From the IMG/VR virus record IMGVR_UViG_2974506496_000001, positions 207,183 through 271,182 of that record: 64,000 bases of DNA; one strand, 5' to 3'. Source of the DNA: a virus. Taxonomy: Duplodnaviria > Caudoviricetes. A program made the translations under genes and the position numbers. Under the pieces are notes generated by a model. The model was not told the DNA's origin. It did no database searches and saw only the letters and a list, made by a program, of their open reading frames with translations. Below, piece by piece: positions 18,136-26,512 of the stretch. Each line of letters starts with the position of its first letter. Position 1 is the stretch's first letter.

Positions 18136-18918
18136 ATGGCTATGACGTTCGAAAAAGAAGGGGACACGTTGCACATTGTGCGACTGAGAACCAAAGGCTG
18201 GTACCACATGACGGTAACCAGCGATCCTGATGCGAGTATGGATATCGTTAACACGAACTTACGTCAGGGCACTTTTACTGATCCACTTTTACAACACCAG
18301 TACGACATCTGTAAAAAAGAGATGGGACAAGATCCCAATCCAAATGACATCGTTTTCCACCAGTTCGTGACCACGCCAGACCAGACCGGGTATCAGTCTG
18401 GCCACTGGATGATTCGTGATCACATTCGCCACGGCTATTCACTGAAGTGCCTGACTAACATCGGTGACTGGCTTTCGACCGCAGCCTATCTTTATATCCC
18501 AGACCCTGATGATAAAGAGGGCGGTGATAGAAAATACAAAGTAACTGACTTAGGTAAGTATCTCGACAAGGAAGAGTTGTTGGGTCACTCCGACCACCTG
18601 CCGATGTATTTCTTGCCTGATGAGGAACCGGGTGACAGCTATGATGAGTTGATTGAAACCCATCGTCTTCCGCAACCTGACAAAGGTTACTCTTGTGTGG
18701 CCATCAAGAACGGTATGTCGTTTAGTTTGCTGACGTACAACAACTCCAAGCGGGTGCTTTCAGAAGAGGAAGAACTGCAAACCACAACCGTCCCAGTCAG
18801 GGCAGATGGTTTGCTGTACAGCTCCGTCTTAGAGTTGGCTATGGCTAAGAACGCCCCAGTCTGGTTTGTCTTGGAGATGTTAACTTCCGAAACCGACCCG
18901 AACTGGCATTTCGTCTAA
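18136..18918 (+). CDS. Degenerate GIY-YIG-derived protein with NUMOD1-like C-terminus (paralog of 13871..14587)
   Basis: LTNIGDWL, VTDLGKYL, PVRADGLLYSSVLELA...NWHFV. Confidence 0.55.
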   Translation: MAMTFEKEGDTLHIVRLRTKGWYHMTVTSDPDASMDIVNTNLRQGTFTDPLLQHQYDICKKEMGQDPNPNDIVFHQFVTTPDQTGYQSGHWMIRDHIRHGYSLKCLTNIGDWLSTAAYLYIPDPDDKEGGDRKYKVTDLGKYLDKEELLGHSDHLPMYFLPDEEPGDSYDELIETHRLPQPDKGYSCVAIKNGMSFSLLTYNNSKRVLSEEEELQTTTVPVRADGLLYSSVLELAMAKNAPVWFVLEMLTSETDPNWHFV

Positions 18919-19006
18919 CCGAGATTGGCTGTGGGGAATCCTATGCAATTGCAAAGTGTAGAGAGAACCACGGCCAATCGTAAGCTGTATCATAAGGAGA
19001 GAGATT

Positions 19007-20587
19007 GTGAGTGAAGCTAACCAGAACATCGTAGAAAGCTACGACGACCTGCCGAAGAACGCGCAGAAAGGTGATCGCTATACCGTGCGTGAAGACGCGA
19101 TCGTTTACGAACTCCAGGAAGATGGTTCTTGGAAAGACGTAGACATCAACGAACAGGTTGATCAGGAAAACGAAGAGCAGGCGCAGACCGAAGATGGTCA
19201 GCAGTCTGACACCGGCGCAACTGACCAGCCTGCCTCTGATGAAGAGGGCGACGCGGATTCGTCTAAAACGGCAGCTACCGATGAAGAAAACCAGGTAGAT
19301 GACAACGGCGATGACAAGCAGACTCCGGCTGAAGAGAAGCAGGAAGAAGCAGCGCAGGCGGTTGATGAAACCCAGCCACGTGATGACCCTTACGTACGAG
19401 GAGCGAACAGCGATGCCAATCCGGCACAACCTGAAGATGCGAATCAAACGCAAGATCAGACTGACGAAGCAGGACAAACTCCTGATTCTTCTGACGATAC
19501 CAACGCGCAGCAGGAAAGCACTGATGGCGTTGCGACGCAGGATGCGAAAGAGCAGGCTAACATCCCGGAAGGGGTAGATCCTGAAGAAGCGCAACCTGAC
19601 AACCAGCCACTGGCAGTAGCACCGGTTGAGCAGCCCCCTGTCCAGCACGAAGCGGTCGCGGTTGATCCTAACGCTGACCAGCCATCACCTGAAGCGCGTC
19701 CAGACAGCAAGATCGAAGAAGCGGCTGAACTGAACGCACAGAAAGAAGATGCGGCTCGTGACGAGATCGCTGAAGCCGGTGCTGATGCACAAGCTGCGAC
19801 CTCTGCTGAGCAGACTGACGCTGGCAAAGCCAAAGAAGACGCACAGGCTGAAGGCCAGTTGCCGAACGATGGTGCTGCTGATGATGTCGCCGCTGGTAAA
19901 CCACGTAATGACCAGACCTACACCGAAGATCAGAAAGCGGCGAACACGCCAGCTCCTGAAATCGTGCAGGCTCAGGAAAACCATACGTCAGAGCCTGATC
20001 CGGTAGTTAGCCAGGAAGAGACCCATGTGCAGAACGCCACGGACCCTGACCAGCCGACTATCATCCCGCAGGAAGCGAAGTCTGAATCACTGGCGCATCA
20101 AGCTGCCGATCCAACGCAGGAAACTGTGTTTGTTAAGCAGGATGAAAACCTGGACCCGGAAGTGCGTGTGCTGCAACAGCGCATCGAAGAGTACATCAGC
20201 AACATGGGTGTGAACGGTAAGCACGATCGCCGTGACGGTCCGAAGTATCAGGCTCGCCTGTACAAAGACCTGCACTCCATCATGGCGCTGGAGCCAGTGA
20301 AGTTCAAGCAAGTGATGGACTACCTGCTGAACCGTGTGTATGAAGAACGTGCCGGTGCTTTCTCTGACACCTATACGCGCCGTTACTTCGATCAGCTGTC
20401 ACCGATGCACATGCAGACCGATCGCGTGCGTGAGTTTGACAACATCCTGTCGCTGGTAACCACTGTGGGTCATTCCAAAAACCGCAGTCGTGCCCTGCAG
20501 CAGGTTGATCTGCAGCGCGCCCTGAAGAACATTCAGGATGCCGGGAAGCAGCAGCGTATGGCAGCGTACTTTGATGCTCTGCGTTAA
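19007..20587 (+). CDS. Protein with long acidic disordered N-region and helical C-terminal domain
   Basis: GTG start with AGGAGAG RBS; D/E/Q/A-rich region, then a compact domain from LDPEVRVLQQRIEEYI. Confidence 0.75.
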   Translation: MSEANQNIVESYDDLPKNAQKGDRYTVREDAIVYELQEDGSWKDVDINEQVDQENEEQAQTEDGQQSDTGATDQPASDEEGDADSSKTAATDEENQVDDNGDDKQTPAEEKQEEAAQAVDETQPRDDPYVRGANSDANPAQPEDANQTQDQTDEAGQTPDSSDDTNAQQESTDGVATQDAKEQANIPEGVDPEEAQPDNQPLAVAPVEQPPVQHEAVAVDPNADQPSPEARPDSKIEEAAELNAQKEDAARDEIAEAGADAQAATSAEQTDAGKAKEDAQAEGQLPNDGAADDVAAGKPRNDQTYTEDQKAANTPAPEIVQAQENHTSEPDPVVSQEETHVQNATDPDQPTIIPQEAKSESLAHQAADPTQETVFVKQDENLDPEVRVLQQRIEEYISNMGVNGKHDRRDGPKYQARLYKDLHSIMALEPVKFKQVMDYLLNRVYEERAGAFSDTYTRRYFDQLSPMHMQTDRVREFDNILSLVTTVGHSKNRSRALQQVDLQRALKNIQDAGKQQRMAAYFDALR

Positions 20588-20602
20588 TTGATCATTTGAT
20601 CA

Positions 20603-20653
20603 GCATAAGGAGAGGCCTCGCGCCTCTCCTGTTTATGCCGTCTTTTTTTTTTT
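20603..20653. terminator. Bidirectional hairpin + TATGCCG element
   Basis: GCATA-aggagaggc/gcctctcct-gttTATGCCG + T run between convergent genes. Confidence 0.8.
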
Positions 20654-21155
20654 ACACTAAAATGCCGTTAAAGGCCACCGGGTCATTAGCCAGGAATGGA
20701 TTGTACCGAACCACGGACCCTAATGTGTAATCGTAATAGATGAAATCCAAGCATTGCGCACCCTGGTAGGTAGTCCATGACTTTGATAGATAACCATTGC
20801 GATCTAACGCAACGTAAGCTGGGCGGCTTGACAACGGAGTAAACTTCATCAACACTTGTGGCTGGTTGTTGAGGTTGTTTGTAAATACAGGCAGGGAAGG
20901 ATGCGCATGCCTTGCAATGGAGCACAACCAAGAGTCGTAGGTAAACCACTCTTTATACGGCGTGCCGTACATGTTGTTGGATGTGTTCAATGTAGTATTA
21001 ACATATTTACCGGCATTGGCGGACATGCTGGTACTCGCGTTCGCTACCTTCGTATATTTGGCGGCATTGGCCGCAAGCCACGCCTCGAATTGTGCATAGG
21101 TCATCTTAGTACCTATCTGTGGCTGTGACTTACTGCCCATTAACATCTCTAACAT
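20652..21155 (-). CDS. LCCL-like domain protein with MLEMLM leader; candidate adhesin
   Basis: MYGTPY..FTYDSWLCSIARHA...AYVALDRNGYLS fits the LCCL pattern; paralog of 21168..21677. Confidence 0.55.
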   Translation of the reverse strand: MLEMLMGSKSQPQIGTKMTYAQFEAWLAANAAKYTKVANASTSMSANAGKYVNTTLNTSNNMYGTPYKEWFTYDSWLCSIARHAHPSLPVFTNNLNNQPQVLMKFTPLSSRPAYVALDRNGYLSKSWTTYQGAQCLDFIYYDYTLGSVVRYNPFLANDPVAFNGILV

Positions 21156-21167
21156 GGTAACTCCTGA

Positions 21168-21677
21168 TTAGATCAACACCCCGTTAAACGGTACCGGTGT
21201 GCCGCCATTTAACGGAGTCCACCGCATCACAACACCCTGGGTATTGTCGTAGTAAATAAAGTCAAGCACAGTACGCCCATTAAATGATCCGTAAGACAAG
21301 CTGGTGTAACCGTTACGATTGAGGCCTGAATAGGCACTTTTGGTAACATAAGGTCCAAGCTTCATTAAACAAAACTGTTTATTCGCCAACATGTAATCAA
21401 ACATCGTTTGTGCCGGACACGCATGTCGTGCGATCCTTGCCCAAGTTGAATCGTGAGTACAGGAGTTTAAATAGGGAGTACCCCACATGTTACCGCCATC
21501 AGCCGTCATGGAGATCCTGGCATAGCCGTTCGTAAACGTGGTGGACGACGGAGTGCCTGTATTCGACGCTGCACTGACCGCACTGTACTTAGTGGTATTG
21601 GTATTTAACCAAGTAACAAAATCCGCATAGCTCATCTTTACAGTTTTCTTGCCAGCGTACATTAATAACTCGAGCAT
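21168..21677 (-). CDS. LCCL-like domain protein with MLELLM leader; candidate adhesin
   Basis: MWGTPY..CTHDSTWARIARHA...AYSGLNRNGYTS; GGAG RBS. Confidence 0.55.
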   Translation of the reverse strand: MLELLMYAGKKTVKMSYADFVTWLNTNTTKYSAVSAASNTGTPSSTTFTNGYARISMTADGGNMWGTPYLNSCTHDSTWARIARHACPAQTMFDYMLANKQFCLMKLGPYVTKSAYSGLNRNGYTSLSYGSFNGRTVLDFIYYDNTQGVVMRWTPLNGGTPVPFNGVLI

Positions 21678-21748
21678 AACTCCACCTCAAAATAAAATCC
21701 CGTTAGCAAGGGTTCTGGTTCTCTAATACATGACTTATAGGATTTAGC

Positions 21749-21778
21749 CGGCATAACGGAGCAGGCAACGCCTACTCC
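21749..21778 (-). terminator. Hairpin + TATGCCG element on the minus strand
   Basis: CGGCATA at 21749; ggagcaggc/gcctactcc stem downstream of the Gly-rich gene. Confidence 0.7.
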
Positions 21779-21818
21779 TGAATCCTGGTGTGAATAACGG
21801 TTGGTCGATTGGGGTATT

Positions 21819-22796
21819 TTAACCCGCTGTAGTTTGATCTGGGTAACCTCGACCTGTCCCCCAGACAATACGAACAATACCATCAGCACCACTACCTAAG
21901 AAACTGGTGCCGTCACTCTTGTACTGACTTGCCCCGCCGCCTCCTGCACCCCCGCCTGGAATCGCGGTAGGTATCCCCGCCCCTGATCCTGGCATATCCT
22001 TGATACGTCCTGTCGATTTAATTCCCCCACCACCTCGACCAGTATAGATCTTGGTAGTGCCTTGGGTCGTCAGGGTAACATTCCCACCATAACCCGCTCC
22101 CGTATCCGCAGGGTTAGTGGGGGTTGCGCCATAAGCACATCCTGCGCCGCCATCGCCCATGTAACCGCCTGCACCGCCACCGCCGACCGCACGTGTCGTT
22201 AATGACCCGGTGCCACCCTTTCCACCTGTACCACCCCCAACAATAGGTTTGGTAGCAGGGTTCTGGATAGGGTTGTTCGCGATCCCGGCTAACACACCGC
22301 CGACGACATTTAACAGCCCGCCGACCAAACCGCCTACTAATCCCCCTACTATATCCACCAATACCAGATCCAGGAGATTACCGGAAAGTCCATTCGACTG
22401 CGGCATGACGGTAACTGCCGTGTTACCGGATGCGTCCTCCCCGCCACCCACTGCTTTTAACAGATAGGTGCCATTACGCGCTATCCCGGAGAAAGACCCT
22501 TTATTCGCCGTGAAGGCGGTTTTAACGGGTGTTGGTGTACCAATCCCACCTTGCCCTACCACAACCGTCATCTTCTCACCAGGAGTCACAGGGATCGCAT
22601 TACGATAACGTAACGTCCCGCCATTCCCGCCGGTGTGTACAAGGGTAGTGCTACTGGCTGATTGCCCACCCCCTACTGCGACGGCACTCATGCTCGTTGC
22701 CCCTTCTGGCACAATCAGTTCGTACACCCCCGCCTTTGTGAAGAGCGTCTCTAGGGGTAACTTAATGTGTGTCTTGTTTAACAATAACCCAATCAT
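21819..22796 (-). CDS. Glycine-rich putative tail-fibre adhesin
   Basis: VAVGGG...GGNGGTLRYRNAIPVTPGEKMTVVVGQGG...GADGIVRIVWG is typical of phage Gly-rich receptor-binding proteins; MIGLLL leader. Confidence 0.65.
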   Translation of the reverse strand: MIGLLLNKTHIKLPLETLFTKAGVYELIVPEGATSMSAVAVGGGQSASSTTLVHTGGNGGTLRYRNAIPVTPGEKMTVVVGQGGIGTPTPVKTAFTANKGSFSGIARNGTYLLKAVGGGEDASGNTAVTVMPQSNGLSGNLLDLVLVDIVGGLVGGLVGGLLNVVGGVLAGIANNPIQNPATKPIVGGGTGGKGGTGSLTTRAVGGGGAGGYMGDGGAGCAYGATPTNPADTGAGYGGNVTLTTQGTTKIYTGRGGGGIKSTGRIKDMPGSGAGIPTAIPGGGAGGGGASQYKSDGTSFLGSGADGIVRIVWGTGRGYPDQTTAG

Positions 22797-22853
22797 GCAT
22801 CATCCTTCTAGAATGAGTACCTTGACGACCTACTCGCGTCATAGCATTCCAGC

Positions 22854-22897
22854 CGGCATAAGGGAGTGGATACCCTGACCGTAGCCAAGGTATCCAC
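22854..22897 (-). terminator. Hairpin + TATGCCG element on the minus strand
   Basis: CGGCATA at 22854; gtggatacc/ggtatccac stem after the DNA polymerase subunit gene. Confidence 0.7.
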
Positions 22898-22905
22898 GTG
22901 GTGCG

Positions 22906-24627
22906 TCAAGCCGCAGCCATGAAATCGATCTCGATGTGTTTTTCTACCATAAAGTCTTTCAGTAACGTAATGGTCTCAGGTGCTTTGTACAACTTACGTG
23001 CAAGTTCACCGGCATTGTTCATACCACCGGCTGCCAGGTTTACTGCTACCTGACGATACTCCGTATCATCCAATCCTTCGATCTGGGTCATCTCAATCCA
23101 GGTGGTTTGTTTCCCCACATTCATGATGACCGTACCGGTCGGGTATGCTCCTTCTACGTCGATGTCGTTCGTACCTGTTCGCACATAGGACTTGACATTC
23201 GGCAGTTCTTTAAACATCGCTTTGCCGTTTAAAGCAACCAGCTCTGTTGGCAGCATGACGATCCAGCCACCCAGCCCCTGAATGTGATCATCCAGTTCGG
23301 TACGCATCTGATCTGATGTAGTACCCCAGATATACCCTTCTTTCATTACATCGTAATGCATCGCCTCAGCGATACGTGTCGGCTGCGATATAAAGTTACG
23401 GTAGTCTGACACCCCGCAGAACGTTGGAACCGCTACAGAGAGATCTGAGGTCTTCTCGTCCATCATTTCAACCACGATGCAGTCGAAGATGTTATACATC
23501 ACATATTCGTACTTGTAGTTGCTCTGCATGAACTCATGCCAGTCTGCCCCGTGGTACCCTTCAGCTTCACTGAACTTCATCTTGGTCACACCGAGTACTT
23601 TCTCTGCGATGTTATCCAGTTTGTAGTTCAGCTCTTTACCGTTCATGGTACGCAGGTAGTAATAGGCTGACATCGATTCAGCCCAACGGAACGACGCAGG
23701 GGCATTGACGTAAGGCCACTTCTCATAGTTAGCTAATGATGTCTTGGTGACTTCTTTGCCATCATTTTTTACTTTGTGGGTTTTGCCCTCGTAGTAATAA
23801 ACGTTACGGTACTCTTGGGGTACCGAGGGATCGCAAATAACGTCAGCAGGGTTGATGCCGGCATTAGTTAATGTTTGGGTGAGAACCTTGTAGTCGAACT
23901 CGAGCACGTTCCAGCCAGTGATGAAATCGGGCATCCACTCATGGGCGCGTTCAAACAGTTTGACAAAGCCATCTGCAGCACTGTCAACCAACACGAACTC
24001 TGGGTTGGTGATGCTGCGTTTGGTTGCCCACTCGCCCAGGTATTTATCCCAGGCCAGTTTCAGCTTCTGATGAATACGTTCATCCGCTTCCCCGCCAAAG
24101 TAGCGACGGATCACAAAGGTAAAGGTGCGTTCTTTAAAGGTTAAGGATGCCATGATCGGCTCACCCTTATACCGCTCGTCTACCATTTCGGTTTCGATAT
24201 CGAACACACTGATTTTGTACGGAGTAAAGGTATCAGGAAACTTCGCTTCGTACATCGCTTTGACAATCGAGGAGGGTTCGATGTCAGCGCCATACACGTA
24301 CGGACTGCGACATACCCGACGCAGTTGCTGATCGGTGGCACCTTTTCCCAACATCTTTGAGATGTGGTTAGGAAGATCCCACTGCGGGCAACTGAACTTC
24401 TGCAGCTTGGACAGCTCTTCGTAATCTTTCTTATCCTGGTGATTGCGGTACGCCGGTTTGGTGAGGTAGTAATCACGCTTCATGTCTTTGATGATGCGGG
24501 TGTGGGGTTTGCTGTTCCCGTTCTCGTCAATCACATTCTCTTTCACGAAGATGATGTCTGATTTGCCGCGCAGAGAAAGGGTATAGATCGCGTGCTTGCA
24601 TTCGAAACGAAGGTTATTGCTGCTCAT
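22906..24627 (-). CDS. Split family-B DNA polymerase, 3'-5' exonuclease-containing subunit (phiKZ gp82-like)
   Basis: ExoI FDIETE, ExoII GWNVLEFD, ExoIII YNIFD, plus motif-A-like DIDVEGAYPT; ORF ends before motifs B/C. Confidence 0.85.
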   Translation of the reverse strand: MSSNNLRFECKHAIYTLSLRGKSDIIFVKENVIDENGNSKPHTRIIKDMKRDYYLTKPAYRNHQDKKDYEELSKLQKFSCPQWDLPNHISKMLGKGATDQQLRRVCRSPYVYGADIEPSSIVKAMYEAKFPDTFTPYKISVFDIETEMVDERYKGEPIMASLTFKERTFTFVIRRYFGGEADERIHQKLKLAWDKYLGEWATKRSITNPEFVLVDSAADGFVKLFERAHEWMPDFITGWNVLEFDYKVLTQTLTNAGINPADVICDPSVPQEYRNVYYYEGKTHKVKNDGKEVTKTSLANYEKWPYVNAPASFRWAESMSAYYYLRTMNGKELNYKLDNIAEKVLGVTKMKFSEAEGYHGADWHEFMQSNYKYEYVMYNIFDCIVVEMMDEKTSDLSVAVPTFCGVSDYRNFISQPTRIAEAMHYDVMKEGYIWGTTSDQMRTELDDHIQGLGGWIVMLPTELVALNGKAMFKELPNVKSYVRTGTNDIDVEGAYPTGTVIMNVGKQTTWIEMTQIEGLDDTEYRQVAVNLAAGGMNNAGELARKLYKAPETITLLKDFMVEKHIEIDFMAAA

Positions 24628-24727
24628 GATGAATGATAATCCTATGTCAAAACACTACAAAGTGCACCAGTGTTTAATACGCGTTATAACATCAGGCGTG
24701 CAACTACATTTATACAAAGGAGATCAC

Positions 24728-25990
24728 ATGATCCTATCTAGCGGTCTGGAAGCGATTAGCTTTCAAAAGAATCCGCTCTTTTACAAACAGCTGGTTGTCG
24801 AATTCGGCCGTCTGATGGAACTTGCTAAAGCCAATGGTAAGAAGCGCTTGACCGAAGAGATGATGGCGCAGTCTAACCTGGCAAAAATCACCATGGCGAA
24901 CACCGGCATCAAAGTCTCGCCTGGGGTGGATACCCGCATGCAGTGTAATGCGTACGTTATGATTCCGAGCATCAACTCCTATCACGTCTTCAATGACCGC
25001 ATGCGTCAGATCTTCTCAGGGTATGCCGAATCGTTTGAGCAGTTTCGTAAAGCCAACGATGTGTTGATTGGGTTGGTTGATCTGCAGAACTCCAAAGTGG
25101 GCGGGGTCTTCTCGACTATTGATCACCGCATCTGTCTGTCGTACGATATGATGACCGACTATGACATGACCCCGGGTGAAGTCGCAGCCATTTACATGCA
25201 TGAAGTCGGCCATGCCTTTACCTTCCTGGAGATGCTGCATTATACCGCTACCACCAACCTGGTGCTGACCGCTGGCATTGAAGCGATCATCAAATCAGAA
25301 ACTTCTCGTAAGCATGTCATCTTAAGTGATATCGAAAACTCCTTAGGGATTAAGATTGATAATAAAGATGAACTGGTCGCTTACGACAAGTATGAAGATT
25401 ATGCTGTCACGATCCTGTCGAAGTACAATCGCACCTTAGCTGCGGCCCTGGGTTCACCGGCACACGATGAATCGATGTCTGAGCAGATGGCAGATATGTT
25501 TGCCACCCGACATGGCGCGGGATTGGATCTGGCGCGGGGATTGTCCCGTATTCACAAATATTACAATTCACCGAAGTTTAAGTTTGCCCGCTATCTGGAG
25601 ATCTTTGTCGGCATCCTGCAGACCATGGGCTTGTCCCTGGTGTTCGATGTGTTGGGAGTAATCGTTGTCCTGACTGTCGGTAACTTCTTTGGTGGGACGT
25701 ATGACCGGGCGAAAGACCGTTTCATCCGCATGCGTAACGAAATCGTGGTCGGCCTGAAAGATGAAGAGATCAGTGCAGCTGACCGCAAACTCTTGATCAG
25801 TCATATCGCCGAGCTGGACAAGATCATTGCCCAGGCCAAAAACGAAAGCTCCTTTGTCGAGCAGTTGTCTCTGGTGGTGCGCGCCAGCCAGCGTGAGCGT
25901 TATGCCAGCAAGTACCTGCAAAAGGATCTTGAAGCCCTTCTTAATAATCCGCTCTATGTCAGTGCGGCCAAACTGAAAACATTGCAATAA
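24728..25990 (+). CDS. Virion head protein with HExxH zincin motif and hydrophobic segment
   Basis: ATG 24728 with AAGGAG; SSGLE site; MHEVGH; EQMADMFA; hydrophobic IFVGILQTMGLSLVFDVLGVIVVLTVG. Confidence 0.7.
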   Translation: MILSSGLEAISFQKNPLFYKQLVVEFGRLMELAKANGKKRLTEEMMAQSNLAKITMANTGIKVSPGVDTRMQCNAYVMIPSINSYHVFNDRMRQIFSGYAESFEQFRKANDVLIGLVDLQNSKVGGVFSTIDHRICLSYDMMTDYDMTPGEVAAIYMHEVGHAFTFLEMLHYTATTNLVLTAGIEAIIKSETSRKHVILSDIENSLGIKIDNKDELVAYDKYEDYAVTILSKYNRTLAAALGSPAHDESMSEQMADMFATRHGAGLDLARGLSRIHKYYNSPKFKFARYLEIFVGILQTMGLSLVFDVLGVIVVLTVGNFFGGTYDRAKDRFIRMRNEIVVGLKDEEISAADRKLLISHIAELDKIIAQAKNESSFVEQLSLVVRASQRERYASKYLQKDLEALLNNPLYVSAAKLKTLQ

Positions 25991-26003
25991 GGATTCATCA
26001 GAA

Positions 26004-26510
26004 ATGATTATTGACGTAGCAGAATTAAAGAAACAGATCGTGTCGGTGCGTTCTATTGCAGAGATCCCAACTACCCTGCGTACTAAACTGATTGAAACCG
26101 GTCTGGCCCGTGCGGTAGCTTATGGTGTTGATCTGCCAAAAGAGCTGGTCGGCAACCCGGTCTCCTATTTCGCCAGCAACGCCACTGATGCTAAGCAGGC
26201 ACTGGCGGTGATCAACGAAACCAACGTGATCAACATCTCCCGTATCCTGTCACTCGCCACCATCATCTGGCAGGCACGCTACAACATGGTTTATCTGCCC
26301 GCCACTCGCGAGTCCATGGAGTTGACCCATCAGGTATTGTCCGATCAACGCGAATGGTTGTTCGATGCAGAGCAGCAGGATTTCCTGTCGGCGACCATTG
26401 GCGACGGTACGGTGCAAGACAGCCTGAAGCTGGCTCTGTTAACCTTCACCTGCCCGGCTGTGATCAACCCTAACCAGGTAGCACCAGTCACCACCGCTGA
26501 CGAGGAGTAA
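26004..26510 (+). CDS. Virion head-module protein
   Basis: AAGGA RBS; operon position. Confidence 0.65.
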   Translation: MIIDVAELKKQIVSVRSIAEIPTTLRTKLIETGLARAVAYGVDLPKELVGNPVSYFASNATDAKQALAVINETNVINISRILSLATIIWQARYNMVYLPATRESMELTHQVLSDQREWLFDAEQQDFLSATIGDGTVQDSLKLALLTFTCPAVINPNQVAPVTTADEE

Positions 26511-26512
26511 TC

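Noticed and set aside
20652-22796. Diversity-generating retroelement or invertible cassette acting on the adhesin genes
   Set aside because: No reverse transcriptase, recombinase, near-identical template/variable repeat pair or flanking inverted sites seen in the window
24596-24727. Extended N-termini of track ORFs (24596, and likewise 705, 15335, 35376, 44193, 50691, 54030, 60019)
   Set aside because: They overlap neighbouring genes, terminators or promoters; downstream ATGs mostly have clearer RBSs
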